The translations under genes were made by a program, and so were the position numbers. Shown piece by piece: positions 9,770 to 20,459 of a DNA stretch of 64,000 nucleotides (within the stretch, counting starts at the first letter, position 1; every line of letters begins with the position of its first letter). The notes beneath the pieces are model-generated. The model was not told the DNA's origin and made no database searches. It was given only the letters and a program-made list of their open reading frames with translations. The stretch comes from a bacterium (GTDB taxonomy: Bacteria > SAR324 > NAC60-12). Location of the stretch: assembly GCA_965209155.1 (NCBI GenBank), contig OZ242383.1, positions 2,144,001 to 2,208,000 of the forward strand, written 5' to 3'.

Positions 9770-11086
9770 TTAAGCATATTGGAATTCAGTGAAGCGGCTG
9801 CGAAGTCTGCGAACCTCTTCTTGCACTTGCCTGCCTTTCATTGCTTCCACAATCAACGCGGAGATCTCTCCCATTTCGCTTTCCTTCATGCCAAAGCGAG
9901 TCATCTCTTGCACTCCAATGCGCAGTCCGGAAGGATTACGTACATCCTGGTCGCCGGGAAGCAAGTTGTGATTGAGAATGATGTTGTTGGCAGCCAGCTG
10001 TTTTGCCAAATCAATGGCGGGACCCAAGGCAGATACATTGATTGCAATTTGGTGACTCTCTGTAAAACCAAACTCTCGTGCCTCCACAGCAATACCTTCA
10101 TCACAAAGGGCTTGCCCCAAGGCTTTGGCGTTTTTTACGGTTTGTTCCGCATAGGCTTTCCCGAATTGTTTCATTTCCCGGATTGTGGCAAGCAGTCCGG
10201 GTAATGTGTGTAAATGGTGGTTGCTGGAAGAACCTGGCAGAATGCCCCGGTCGATACTCGTCCACCATTTCAACTCCTCTGTCGTTTTCAAATTTCCCAA
10301 AACTATGCCACGTTGTGGCCCCGGAAAAGTTTTATGGGTACTGGCCGTGATAAAATGAGCCCCTTCTCGGAATGGGTCTTGAAATTCTTCCCCGAGGATC
10401 AGTCCTAAAACATGCGCGCCATCGTACAAAACCGGGATGTTTTTTGTCCGACAGACTTCTGCGATTGGAGCAATCGGTTCTGGAAACAAAAACAGGCTTT
10501 TTCCCAAAATTACCAAGTTGGGCAGGGTTTGCTCAATTAAATCCAAGCTTTTTGGAACGTCTAAATGATAACGGTCTGCACTGACAGGCCAGAAGTGTAA
10601 AGAAATGGAGTTTTTCTGGTTCATGGCCAGGACTTGGCCACGGACTTGGATTCTCCGCCCAAAAACCCCTGTTGGATTGTGACTGATGTGGCCCCCGACA
10701 TCAATAGAATTGGCAATTACGGTATCATTGCCACGCAATAAAGCAAGGGCAACAGCGGTATTGGCAGCATTTCCGCTGATTGGACGGACATCAACCTGGG
10801 CGCAATTGGCCAGTTTTTTCATCTCCTCGCTGGCCATGATTTCAATTTGATCTATGTAATTGGTCCCTTCATAATATCGATTCGTGGATTCTGAAGTGTT
10901 GGGATGTCCCTCAGCATAACGTCCCATGAAATCATTGCATTCCATTGCACGAACCACGGGAGATTGGGTATTTTCACTGGCAATCAAATTTATCGTTTCT
11001 TGCCCGCGCCAAAGATTTTGATTTTCAATAATTTTTATGATATCTGAAATATCGACGGTCATTTGTGATCCTCCAAGGTCAAGCAT
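9770..11086 (-). CDS. glyA: Serine hydroxymethyltransferase (likely start 11062)
   Basis: LIASEN, RYAEG, GGHISH, STHKTFPGPQRG, SGLRIG. Confidence 0.92.
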   Translation of the reverse strand: MLDLGGSQMTVDISDIIKIIENQNLWRGQETINLIASENTQSPVVRAMECNDFMGRYAEGHPNTSESTNRYYEGTNYIDQIEIMASEEMKKLANCAQVDVRPISGNAANTAVALALLRGNDTVIANSIDVGGHISHNPTGVFGRRIQVRGQVLAMNQKNSISLHFWPVSADRYHLDVPKSLDLIEQTLPNLVILGKSLFLFPEPIAPIAEVCRTKNIPVLYDGAHVLGLILGEEFQDPFREGAHFITASTHKTFPGPQRGIVLGNLKTTEELKWWTSIDRGILPGSSSNHHLHTLPGLLATIREMKQFGKAYAEQTVKNAKALGQALCDEGIAVEAREFGFTESHQIAINVSALGPAIDLAKQLAANNIILNHNLLPGDQDVRNPSGLRIGVQEMTRFGMKESEMGEISALIVEAMKGRQVQEEVRRLRSRFTEFQYA

Positions 11087-11152
11087 CAGGTATAGTAGAA
11101 AGCTAAAAAAATCTTTTCTTTACCAAGGTGAATATTTGTAATTAAAACGAGG

Positions 11153-12148
11153 CTATACGATTGATGTTGAGTCCAATTTTCGTAATAAATCTGCTTTGCT
11201 GAATGAATGAACTCCAACATGCATTGTTGACAGTCCAGCAGCCAGGTTCGCCCAGTAGGCTGCTTGTTCAATCGCTGCTTCACCTGCCATCAAAAATGCC
11301 AACACGCTGACGATCATGTCACCAGCCCCTACTGCGTCAAATACTTCCCTGACTTCCGATACAAAATGTAAATAATTTCCTGGACCTTGAAATAACAACA
11401 GCCCATCCCGGTCCAAACTGATAGTGACATATTTAAAATGATATTTTTTTTGGATCTGTTCAGCAACTCGCAGGGCTTGCTTCATATTCTGCAACGGATG
11501 CCTTAAAAATATCTCAATCTCTCTGCGGTTGGGTTTGATCAAAGAAAAGTGCTGATAAATTCGATAATTCGCTTTTTGACGAGGATCCACAACTGTAGGA
11601 ACGTTATGCTGAGTAGTCAGTTCACGAACTGTTTCCAACATACGATCTGTTAATAATCCTTTGCCATAATCCGAAATGAGGACTAATTCCACCTGGGGAA
11701 TGGATTTCCTTAAAAATTGAAGTATTTCAAGCTCACAATCGGGTTTCCATTGGGGAGGAGGATCGAAGTCCATGCGTAACAATTGATGATGATCGGCAAG
11801 CATCCGGTGCTTGAGAATGGTGGTCAATTCTTCCAGTTGCCACACACCGGAAATATCAATCTGGTTTCTGGCAAAAAGTTCCAGAACCAACCGGGCATCT
11901 GAATCTTGACCGATCACACCACACGCGATTACCTTGGCTCCAAGCGTGGCGAGGTTGCACATCGCATTGGCTGCTCCTCCCAACCTGTTTTCTTCTCGTT
12001 CGACCAATAATATGGGTATGGGAGCCTCCGGAGAAATTCGGTTGACGCTTCCAAAAGTATGTCGGTCCAGCATCAAATCACCTATCACTAATATTGTGGG
12101 AGATTCGACCTGCTCCAGGGATAGTTGAAGTCCTTTCTTGTTGATCAC
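11153..12148 (-). CDS. D-glycero-D-manno-heptose-7-phosphate kinase (RfaE/HldE domain I)
   Basis: GDLMLD, RISPEAPIP, GGAAN, SDYGKG, DAVGAGD. Confidence 0.88.
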   Translation of the reverse strand: MINKKGLQLSLEQVESPTILVIGDLMLDRHTFGSVNRISPEAPIPILLVEREENRLGGAANAMCNLATLGAKVIACGVIGQDSDARLVLELFARNQIDISGVWQLEELTTILKHRMLADHHQLLRMDFDPPPQWKPDCELEILQFLRKSIPQVELVLISDYGKGLLTDRMLETVRELTTQHNVPTVVDPRQKANYRIYQHFSLIKPNRREIEIFLRHPLQNMKQALRVAEQIQKKYHFKYVTISLDRDGLLLFQGPGNYLHFVSEVREVFDAVGAGDMIVSVLAFLMAGEAAIEQAAYWANLAAGLSTMHVGVHSFSKADLLRKLDSTSIV

Positions 12149-12163
12149 TATTTCTTTTGGGAT

Positions 12164-13258
12164 TTATGATTTTTTCTGTAAAAATTTTTCGATGATTTTT
12201 TCGAATCGTTCAAAGGATTGCGCTCCGGACAAGATATCTCCGGTTAACTGGTTGCTGCTGGCATCATAGACTCCGACAACAAATCCAGGTGTGCCGGTGA
12301 TACCAATTAAGAAACCTTCTTCAATGTCATTATTGACCAGTTCCCGGTACTTTTCTTGTTCGATGCATCGTTCGAACTTTTTTAAGTCTTTTATTCGGAT
12401 TTGTTTGCCATACGCTTTCAAGTCCTCTGGAAATTGTTGGCGTGGATTTGCAAAGAGGATGGCATGAATTTCCTCAAATTTTCCTTGTTCTCTGGCACAT
12501 TCAGCGGCATTGGCAGCTTCATCGGCTTCCGTGTGAAAGGACAAGGGGAAATGACGATAGGCAAATGCAACCCGCCCTTTGTATTTTTCCATTAATTCAT
12601 TGATCGTTTCCTGCGAACTTGCGCAAAAAGGACATTGGTAGTCGGAGAATTCCAAAAACATGACAGAGGCATTCGGACTGCTACGGATCATGGCACTACC
12701 TACTGATACTGTCACAAAAAACTCTAACGGAGGTTTCAAATAAGGGACTATCAGTCCTTGTTCAATAGCTTTATTGAATTGTTGGATTTCATAATTCAAT
12801 CTGGCTTGCTGGCTGAGGAATTGCCTGATTCGCGGCGCAATTTGCTCCAGGCTGCCGCGTTTCATTAATTGATTCTGTTCATAAAATTGTTCAATTTGTT
12901 CATCGCTGATATTGATTTGAAAATTTGTCTGGAATTCCGTATGCGTCTTGGCTAGTTTTTTTAGAATATAACGCGGTAATTCAACCTGGAGCGCTTCATG
13001 CAATTGTATCAGCAAATCATGAATTGACTTGTTTGTCACGTCTTGCAGGTGAATCGCTTTTCCTTCTAAATTGGCAAGAATTGGATTGTTCGTAAAGATC
13101 CCTTCGACAGAAACTGTATTGGCGCCAACGGTTGATTTTTCGGATTTTTCGGCCAATGCTATCGACACTAGGCATCCTGTGAAAAAACACGCTACCAATA
13201 GTTTAAAGACTTTCATACTACCCTTCTTAATTAGTTGGAATTTCATGACGAAGAACAT
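12164..13258 (-). CDS. DsbA-family thioredoxin-fold protein
   Basis: Signal peptide, FSDYQCPFC, HFPL, GTPGF. Confidence 0.88.
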   Translation of the reverse strand: MFFVMKFQLIKKGSMKVFKLLVACFFTGCLVSIALAEKSEKSTVGANTVSVEGIFTNNPILANLEGKAIHLQDVTNKSIHDLLIQLHEALQVELPRYILKKLAKTHTEFQTNFQINISDEQIEQFYEQNQLMKRGSLEQIAPRIRQFLSQQARLNYEIQQFNKAIEQGLIVPYLKPPLEFFVTVSVGSAMIRSSPNASVMFLEFSDYQCPFCASSQETINELMEKYKGRVAFAYRHFPLSFHTEADEAANAAECAREQGKFEEIHAILFANPRQQFPEDLKAYGKQIRIKDLKKFERCIEQEKYRELVNNDIEEGFLIGITGTPGFVVGVYDASSNQLTGDILSGAQSFERFEKIIEKFLQKKS

Positions 13259-13576
13259 AAACAGCGATTAGCGGTAAATCGTTTCTATTGAAAGACAATA
13301 AAATCCAAATGAGAAAAAACTTCGCTATCCCTCATCCTATTTTAATTCGAAAATTTCACAAGATGGAAGTCGGGTATTGAATTTTCAGGCTTCTCTGTTA
13401 CTCCTTTTCTACTCCATTCACTTATTGTGTTTTTCTTATTCAATAGACTCTTACTGTCTGAGATTCTCTTGGAAAGATTCACTTGCAAAGCAATGAAATA
13501 ATTCGTATCTTTTATTACTCGAGCCCCTCCTCCGATTAATCCATCCCAGAATTCAATTTTTTTATATTGATTTGGC

Positions 13577-15262
13577 ATGCCTTTCCTTTTCAACAATTTA
13601 TACTCTTGGCTGCCCTGCATTGGTGTGATAACAGCTGGTGTGGCAATGGGGTTGGGATCCCAAACTTCTTCGTTGGGACTGCTTTGGCTCGTTGCCTTAT
13701 TTCCCCTATTCGTTGTTTTTGACTGCATTTGTCAAAACTCCCGTTTTTCCTGGCGACAAAAAGCAATTTGGACATTTCTGGCATGCTGGGTTGCCGGTTG
13801 CATTGCATCTGCATGGGCCGCTTCCTTCATGACGCATTCCATCCACGTCTTTGGGCATCTCCCCAAGGTCGTGGCTGTTCTGATTACAGTATTTGGATAC
13901 GGTTTGGAAGTGACCCTGTTGCTTTTCGTTGTCTTTGCTGTTCCCCTGCTTTGGATCAGGCGATGGCATGGGTGGGATATTGTAATGCGCTTCGCTTTTT
14001 TTGTGATGGTGGAGCCGATTTATCCCAAGTTGTTCCCTTGGTCTATTGGGAAATTCTCATTTCTGGAAGTATCCTGGATTGCCCAGACTGCAGACTTGCT
14101 CGGTGCTTGGGGTCTGGGATTCTATGTGGGAGGATGCAATTTTTTGCTTCTCTTTTTCTGGCGTTGGTTTCGCCAGAGTCAGGGGTTGTCCACTTACTCC
14201 ATCAATAAAAAACTAGCTTGTTGTTTCTCAGGAATATATCTGGTACTTTTGGTTTCAGGTATGGCCTACGGGGGATGGCGTACCTATCAACTTCGCCCTC
14301 TTTTATCGCAAGGTCCATCCTTGCATGTAGCAGCGATTCAACCCAATTTTTCCTTACAACGACTCGCTTCCAATCCCGAGTTGGCCTATTCAAAACGGAA
14401 AAATAATATCTACGAATTGCTGAATGATTCCGCAAAAGCATTGATGCCCTTTTCTAACTCGAGTTTCCAGGCAGACTCTTCCATCCCCAAGCTCGTCGTT
14501 TGGCCCGAATCGGTTTATCCCTTCGACGCCAAAAATAAGGAGGGACTGCGTCTCCTGGAACAGTTTGCCAAATCTCAGCAAAGCGCAATATTGTCGACGT
14601 CCGTTGACTGGGAACTGACAGCGGAAGGTGATCCTTTGTGGTATAGTATCTCATTTTTTATGGGCGCTGATGGCACAGTAAAAGGACGATATAACAAAAT
14701 TTCTTTGATTCCTTTTGGCGAATATATTCCCGGAGCCGAATGGTTTCCCGCCTACAGGCGATGGTTGAAAGAATTGGTACCGAATATTTCTGAATTTGCG
14801 CGAGGAAAAGAATTCACGGTATTTCAACTATCCGACACCATCAGGCTTTCAGGCATTATTTGCTATGATGCCTTTTCTGCCGAAATTATACGAAATATGG
14901 TGCATAACGGGGCAGGATTGATTGTCAATCTGAGCAACCTTGCCTGGTTTGGGAGAACCAATGCCTCCCGGCAAATGGAGTCAATCCTCCGTTGGCATGC
15001 CATTGAGAATCGAGTACCTTTCCTATATATTTCCAACAATGGGGAAAGTGTGTTTCTCAATTCTTTAGGAGAACCAATGAGCCAAAGGTTGGAACTATTC
15101 GAACAGGGAAGTTTATCCGAAACGATCCACTTACAGCAACATTATTCAATATATCGAGAACATAGAGAATGGATTCAAGGCGGGATCGTACTGCTATTTC
15201 TCATCATATTATTATCGGGACACAAGTATGGACGAATATTTACAATAAATTCAGATTCTTGA
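13577..15262 (+). CDS. lnt: Apolipoprotein N-acyltransferase
   Basis: TM region, QPN, VWPES, YNKISLIPFGEY, ICYD. Confidence 0.9.
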   Translation: MPFLFNNLYSWLPCIGVITAGVAMGLGSQTSSLGLLWLVALFPLFVVFDCICQNSRFSWRQKAIWTFLACWVAGCIASAWAASFMTHSIHVFGHLPKVVAVLITVFGYGLEVTLLLFVVFAVPLLWIRRWHGWDIVMRFAFFVMVEPIYPKLFPWSIGKFSFLEVSWIAQTADLLGAWGLGFYVGGCNFLLLFFWRWFRQSQGLSTYSINKKLACCFSGIYLVLLVSGMAYGGWRTYQLRPLLSQGPSLHVAAIQPNFSLQRLASNPELAYSKRKNNIYELLNDSAKALMPFSNSSFQADSSIPKLVVWPESVYPFDAKNKEGLRLLEQFAKSQQSAILSTSVDWELTAEGDPLWYSISFFMGADGTVKGRYNKISLIPFGEYIPGAEWFPAYRRWLKELVPNISEFARGKEFTVFQLSDTIRLSGIICYDAFSAEIIRNMVHNGAGLIVNLSNLAWFGRTNASRQMESILRWHAIENRVPFLYISNNGESVFLNSLGEPMSQRLELFEQGSLSETIHLQQHYSIYREHREWIQGGIVLLFLIILLSGHKYGRIFTINSDS

Positions 15263-15265
15263 AAA

Positions 15266-16711
15266 TTGGATAAAAGAGCAAATATGCGTAGAAAAAAATT
15301 GCTTTGGCAAATTTATCCTCCATATCTGTTAATTACCTGCATCTCGCTCCTGGCAGTTATTTGGTACGCTTCAATTGCTTTTCAGAAATTCTTCTTTGAA
15401 CAAACGGCAGAAGACCTTGAAGTCCAAGCCAGTCTGCTCGCAAGTCAACTGTCAGATCCACTGATTCTTTCTGATCCTGAAAAAGTTGACACACTCAGCA
15501 AAAAGTCAGGCAAAGCAGCAGAAATACGAGTGACTGTGATCCTCCCATCTGGCAAAGTGATTGGCGACACGGATGAAAATCCTGCTATCATGAGCAATCA
15601 TTCGGATCGACCAGAAATTGTGAAGGCGTTTACTGGCGAAGTGGGAACCTCAATTCGGGAGAGTACGACACTTCAAAAACAAGCAATTTATGTTGCGATT
15701 CCTTTGATGCAATCCGAAAAAATTGCAGCAGTTGTTCGAACATCTGTTCCGGTCACGTTGATCGGACAATCCTTGAACAGCTTGCAGAAGCGGATATTTC
15801 TGCAATGGGGGATCGTTGCCATAGCAGCTGCTGTCGTCAGTTTGTTCATCGCCCGCCGTGTCAGCCGTCCTTTTGAAGAATTGCGGAAAGGGGCGGAACG
15901 TTTTGCTCAGGGGGATTTAGCTCATCAATTATCGGTACCGCATTCTGACGAAATCGGAGGATTGGCGGAAACTTTGAATAAAATGGCCTCCCAGCTCAAT
16001 GAACGCATTGAAACGATTGCAAAACTGGAAAACATTCGTAGTGATTTTGTTGCCAACGTTTCCCATGAACTGAAAACACCAATTACGACCATCAAGGGAT
16101 CTGTCGAAACTCTTCTTGATGGCGCCCTCCACGAATCAGACGACAGGGAACGCTTCCTGCGTATCATTGCCAGACATACAGATCGTCTCAGTGCCATAAT
16201 TGATGACCTCCTCACCCTGGCCAGGGTGGAACAGGAGGATGAAAAGACAAAGCTGATTTTCAAAGAAACTCCACTCAAGGAAATACTCGATCTTGCTGTT
16301 GAAGATTGCGAACAGCAAATTATAGAAAAAAATATAAAACTCAGTCTGGTTTGTCAGGAAGGTCTGCTCGTCAAAGCCAATGCACCACTCTTACAACAGG
16401 CAATGATCAATTTGATCAGCAATGCCATCAAATTCAGCCCTGCAAACAGTCCTGTTATCGTAGATGCCCAACGATTCGATTCAAATGTCCGCATTCAGGT
16501 CAAAGACCAGGGTTGTGGTATTGCGGTCAATCACCTTCCTCGCTTGTTTGAAAGATTCTACCTTGCGGACCCTGCCCGAAGTAGAAAACTGGGGGGGACC
16601 GGATTGGGCCTGGCCATTGTCAAACATATCACTCAAGTGCATGGAGGTCGCATTGAGGTTGAAAGCCAGCCAGACAATGGCAGCACGTTTTCCATTTTCC
16701 TTCCCAGATAG
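15266..16711 (+). CDS. PhoR-like sensor histidine kinase (likely start 15284)
   Basis: NHSDRPE periplasmic motif, HAMP, DFVANVSHELKTP, GGTGLGL; adjacent to phoU. Confidence 0.85.
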   Translation: MDKRANMRRKKLLWQIYPPYLLITCISLLAVIWYASIAFQKFFFEQTAEDLEVQASLLASQLSDPLILSDPEKVDTLSKKSGKAAEIRVTVILPSGKVIGDTDENPAIMSNHSDRPEIVKAFTGEVGTSIRESTTLQKQAIYVAIPLMQSEKIAAVVRTSVPVTLIGQSLNSLQKRIFLQWGIVAIAAAVVSLFIARRVSRPFEELRKGAERFAQGDLAHQLSVPHSDEIGGLAETLNKMASQLNERIETIAKLENIRSDFVANVSHELKTPITTIKGSVETLLDGALHESDDRERFLRIIARHTDRLSAIIDDLLTLARVEQEDEKTKLIFKETPLKEILDLAVEDCEQQIIEKNIKLSLVCQEGLLVKANAPLLQQAMINLISNAIKFSPANSPVIVDAQRFDSNVRIQVKDQGCGIAVNHLPRLFERFYLADPARSRKLGGTGLGLAIVKHITQVHGGRIEVESQPDNGSTFSIFLPR

Positions 16712-16770
16712 TATCTTGGACAAACCTACGCTACTGTTTTTCTTTAATTTGAAAGTTAAAGATTAAATAA

Positions 16771-16962
16771 CCTGAGTTCGAGATAAGAATTTAATAAATT
16801 CAATATGTTATGGAGTCCTCATATCTGAGAGAAACCTTGTCATTCCTGCGGAAGCAGGAATCCAGAGGCATGCAGACAGACCGAAAGCTGGATCTTCGCT
16901 TAGGCGAGGATGACAAATACACCAGGATACTCATATTATTGAAGAGTAATGTCGAACTCAGG
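16771..16962. mobile_element. MITE, 192 bp, with internal REP-like palindrome
   Basis: TIR CCTGAGTTCGA/TCGAACTCAGG; 8-bp TSD TTAAATAA (16763-70, 16963-70). Confidence 0.85.
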
Positions 16963-17059
16963 TTAAATAATATTTTCTTTACGGACTGGATCTGGTATCC
17001 AGAAACAATGCGCACCCGAGAAGACATCCCAACCCGCTGCGCACTGATCCAGGATCTCT

Positions 17060-18148
17060 ATGAGTGAATACGAAAATTGTTTAGAAAACGATTGGGCTCA
17101 AATCAATGAGCAATTGATGGCGGTATCATTACAAGTAGAGAAAGCGATCGAAAATGCGGTGGATGCCCTCATACTGAAGAATTCGGAATTGGCATACATC
17201 ACCATACTGGGTGACAATCCCATCAATCGGGCATTCGAGGAGATCAATCAATTGTGCTATACGTTTATTGCCCAACATATACCGACGGCAGGGGACCTGC
17301 GTCGGATTTCCTCCATTCTTCGTTTCAACATCGAGTTGGAACGCATCGGAGATTATGCGGTGACGATTTGCCGGGAGATAGTACAGATTTCCCGTCCCTT
17401 GGAAAAAAACATGATCCTCAATGTGGAACGGCTTGCTGAGGAATCCCGTGGCATTTTAACCCAGTCGACCACCGCACTCAGGGAAGATGATGTGACATTG
17501 GCAAAGAGAACCATGGAGCGGGCTCGCAATGCAAAAGGTCATTTTAAGCAAATCTTTCAGGAATTGAGCAATATGAAAAATAGGGAAACCTGGTCTTTGC
17601 AGGATCTATTTGGATTGTTGGCCATCTTCAATGCCTTGGGGAGAATTTGTGACCAATCGAAAAACATCTGTGAAGAGACGGTTTTTATTGTAACCGGAGA
17701 AACCAAACAGCGACAACCAGTCCGTGTCTTGTTTCTGGAAGAGGATTCCACAGGCCGAAGCCTGATGGCAGTGTGTATTGCGCACCACCTGTATCCAAGA
17801 ACTGGAGAGTATGCCTGTGCTTCTAAGGCACAGGTTGGTTCGCCGGATCCGCAAGTTATCGATCTACTGAATCGCTATGAACTGAATTGGCAATCCTGGC
17901 AACCGAAAACTATGACTGAGCTTCCCCCTTTGGATGATTTCAATGTAATCGTCAGCCTTCAAGGACCGGTCGATTCCTACCTGCCCAAGACACCATTTCG
18001 TACAGTCGTCCTTGAATGGGACACAGGTCAGGTTCATGAAGCGAAATATTCAGAATACAAACACATTGCATATGAAAGAATGTACCAAGAACTTGCATTC
18101 CGCATCCAACATCTCATGGAAATCCTGCGAGGCAAGGTGAATTCTTGA
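17060..18148 (+). CDS. phoU: PhoU fused to a degenerate LMW-PTP/ArsC-like domain
   Basis: PTAGDLR, ELERIGDYA, RICDQSKNICE; C-terminal VLFL..D.TGRSLMA. Confidence 0.85.
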   Translation: MSEYENCLENDWAQINEQLMAVSLQVEKAIENAVDALILKNSELAYITILGDNPINRAFEEINQLCYTFIAQHIPTAGDLRRISSILRFNIELERIGDYAVTICREIVQISRPLEKNMILNVERLAEESRGILTQSTTALREDDVTLAKRTMERARNAKGHFKQIFQELSNMKNRETWSLQDLFGLLAIFNALGRICDQSKNICEETVFIVTGETKQRQPVRVLFLEEDSTGRSLMAVCIAHHLYPRTGEYACASKAQVGSPDPQVIDLLNRYELNWQSWQPKTMTELPPLDDFNVIVSLQGPVDSYLPKTPFRTVVLEWDTGQVHEAKYSEYKHIAYERMYQELAFRIQHLMEILRGKVNS

Positions 18149-18189
18149 AGCTGCTTCCCCTACACTGAAAGTGAAATGAAACAATCGGC

Positions 18190-18612
18190 CTGAGATTGAC
18201 AATGCTGCCATACTTTCTGGGGACCATCCCCTCCAGGACGGCTTTGGTCACCGTCATGGGTCCCTTGAGATTCACCGCTATTTGCCAGTCCCAGCTCTCC
18301 TCGGTACTCTCAATAAAAAGCCCCAGCTCCTCCAAACCGACATTGTTTATCAGGACATCCATCCTTCCAAAGGTCTCCTCCACCTCCCGGACGGCGCGCT
18401 TCACCTCCTGGCTGTCGGTTATATCCATCTTCACCGCGATCGATTTTTTTCCTCCCTGGGAGAGGATCTCCTCAGCCACCGCCTGCGCATTCTCAAGCTG
18501 GATATCCAGAATGGCCGTCATGGCGCCCTCGTTGGCGAGTCTCCGGGTGGTTGCTTCCCCAATCCCTTGAGCCCCCCGTGATAATAGCCACTTTGTCCTC
18601 AAAACGTTTCAT
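18190..18612 (-). pseudogene. SDR oxidoreductase remnant, frameshifted and truncated
   Basis: MKRFEDKVAIITGG, then a frameshift in a G run before AQGIG; homology ends after YGSIVN; no YxxxK. Confidence 0.8.
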
Positions 18613-18679
18613 AGTGTCCCTTTCTTAATTTCTTTTTCAAAACATAAACCTCCCCCCATTCACACTTAAGAAGCCTCGC

Positions 18680-19615
18680 TCACGGCTTCATCTCCCCGAT
18701 GATCGGTGTGTCGCGCGAGATGCGCTCCGCGTTAAAGTCGCCCCGGTGGCCAATGCCGAACCAGACCTTGAAGCCCAGGAGATCGAGGAGCTCTTGGGTC
18801 GCTTCCTCATACACCTCAGGAAGCAACGCCATCGGATAATTCTCGAAGGGCCTGAACATGGGCGGTTGGTAAGCGAAGGTGAGGCCCTTCCGCTCGCCAG
18901 TCGGATCCTGAGAGAGGTAGGCTCCGGATCCATGAATGAGCCGGCCGTCGAAGATGAAGCAGTTGCCGGCCGGGCCTATCACCTGTATCTGGTCCTTAAG
19001 GTCGTCCTTGTTCGGTCGGCGTCCGAGCTTGTGGCTGCCGGGCACGATCCAGGTTGCACCGTTTTCGCTGGTGAAGTCGTCCAGCATCCAAAAGACGTTG
19101 CACACGATGCACGGCATCAGGGTCGCTCCCGGGGTCTCGGGCTGGCCAGGATTCGCGCGTGTGATCGATCCGGCCCGCATCGGCTCGTCATAGCGGCCGG
19201 CCGATGGGACGAACCATTGGTCCTGGTGCAGCGTCTGCGCCTGGCCGCCACTGCGAATGATGTTCGCCAAGAGATTTTGGATACGGATTTCCTCACCGAG
19301 CACATGGTGCACAATGTCCAGAATGTCCGGCAGCGCAGCCATCTCGCGAAAGATACGGCCCTTGTTTGCGAGAAAAACCACAGCTTGGTTGTTGCCAGTC
19401 TTGGGTTCCGGAAATTCTCCCAGGTCATCAGGGATCCGGCCGTCACTGAAGAAGCCGACGCCGGCCTTGCGCTCGGCCTCGGCCTGCTCGCTGAGACGCT
19501 TTTGAGCTTCGGCAAGCTGTTCCGGGGTCAGCGCTTCCTTGACGAGACAATATCCATGCTCGTCGATATCTCGTTTCATTGTCCCGGCGTCGCGGGTCCA
19601 CGTGGGTAGGGTCAT
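18680..19615 (-). CDS. Phytanoyl-CoA dioxygenase-family Fe(II)/2OG enzyme
   Basis: LHQD, LDDFTSENGATWIVPGSH, DGRLIHG. Confidence 0.88.
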   Translation of the reverse strand: MTLPTWTRDAGTMKRDIDEHGYCLVKEALTPEQLAEAQKRLSEQAEAERKAGVGFFSDGRIPDDLGEFPEPKTGNNQAVVFLANKGRIFREMAALPDILDIVHHVLGEEIRIQNLLANIIRSGGQAQTLHQDQWFVPSAGRYDEPMRAGSITRANPGQPETPGATLMPCIVCNVFWMLDDFTSENGATWIVPGSHKLGRRPNKDDLKDQIQVIGPAGNCFIFDGRLIHGSGAYLSQDPTGERKGLTFAYQPPMFRPFENYPMALLPEVYEEATQELLDLLGFKVWFGIGHRGDFNAERISRDTPIIGEMKP

Positions 19616-19658
19616 TTTTCCTCCTTTATAAACTCTGAATACTCATACTCTTTACCGC

Positions 19659-19970
19659 TTACTCAATAATTTCAAGCCAAACCATCTTGAAAGGCCCGTC
19701 TGTCATACCTGCCAATTTCTGATTGTACTCACTTTCAGGATCTCGGTTAGGATCTTTCGTGTAATTTTCAAAATCTTCCCTTTTCTCCCATTTACACCAT
19801 ATGTGGACAGTGCTTTGACCAGAATCATCTGTGGAAACTCCACTTTCCAAAGAAATATGCCCAGGTTTTGATTTTGCGATAGCAAATCCTTTTGGCGACT
19901 TCAATAAATCCACAAGTTCATCCTTCTTATCTTTTTTAATTTTTATTTTACTGATATAAAGTACAGCCAT
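19659..19970 (-). CDS. Antibiotic biosynthesis monooxygenase (ABM)-fold protein
   Basis: 103 aa, PG..S and W.KWE..EDFENY pattern; AGGAG RBS. Confidence 0.65.
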   Translation of the reverse strand: MAVLYISKIKIKKDKKDELVDLLKSPKGFAIAKSKPGHISLESGVSTDDSGQSTVHIWCKWEKREDFENYTKDPNRDPESEYNQKLAGMTDGPFKMVWLEIIE

Positions 19971-20074
19971 ATTCCTCCTGCAAATTAAAATATTAAAGAA
20001 TCCACCTTGACTAGCCGTCTGCGACTAGACATCCGCCATAGAAGGTGGTTTTGATGGGCCCCTGGAAGGGGCGT

Positions 20075-20231
20075 CTCGTGATCGTACTCGTGAGCCGTGC
20101 TCGTGCTCGTGAACGAAACGGCATCCCTGAGAATCCTGGAATCCCTGCTGTCTCTTCTATTCGGAATCCCCCTCTCAAGGGAATCGGGAACGTTTCTATC
20201 GAGCACGAGCACGATTACGAACACGGGCACG
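20075..20231. repeat. Palindromic element built from CTCGTG/CACGAG hexamers
   Basis: CTCGTGATCGTACTCGTG... faces ...CGAGCACGAGCACGATTACGA. Confidence 0.65.
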
Positions 20232-20459
20232 TTTCTGGCAGAGCCGATTATCTCTGACCATGACTAGGCTGGGCCGCATTCGGATCCCCGCCCAAAGGAC
20301 GTGGTTTAATCAGATAAAATTAAAGCTCTCATTCTCACAAATAAGTGCATGCGTGGTTATTCAGTTTTTCCGTATCGATTTTGAGATTCATGCCGCCTTG
20401 AGCCAGGCCCCGATTCGGTTTGAGAGCAATGATGGAGCGGAATAGAGTCATCTGGAACC

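Noticed and set aside
16800..17067. Short ORFs over MITEs and repeats (also 19985-20257, 22303-22611, 31344-31751)
   Set aside because: They coincide with palindromic or duplicated non-coding DNA
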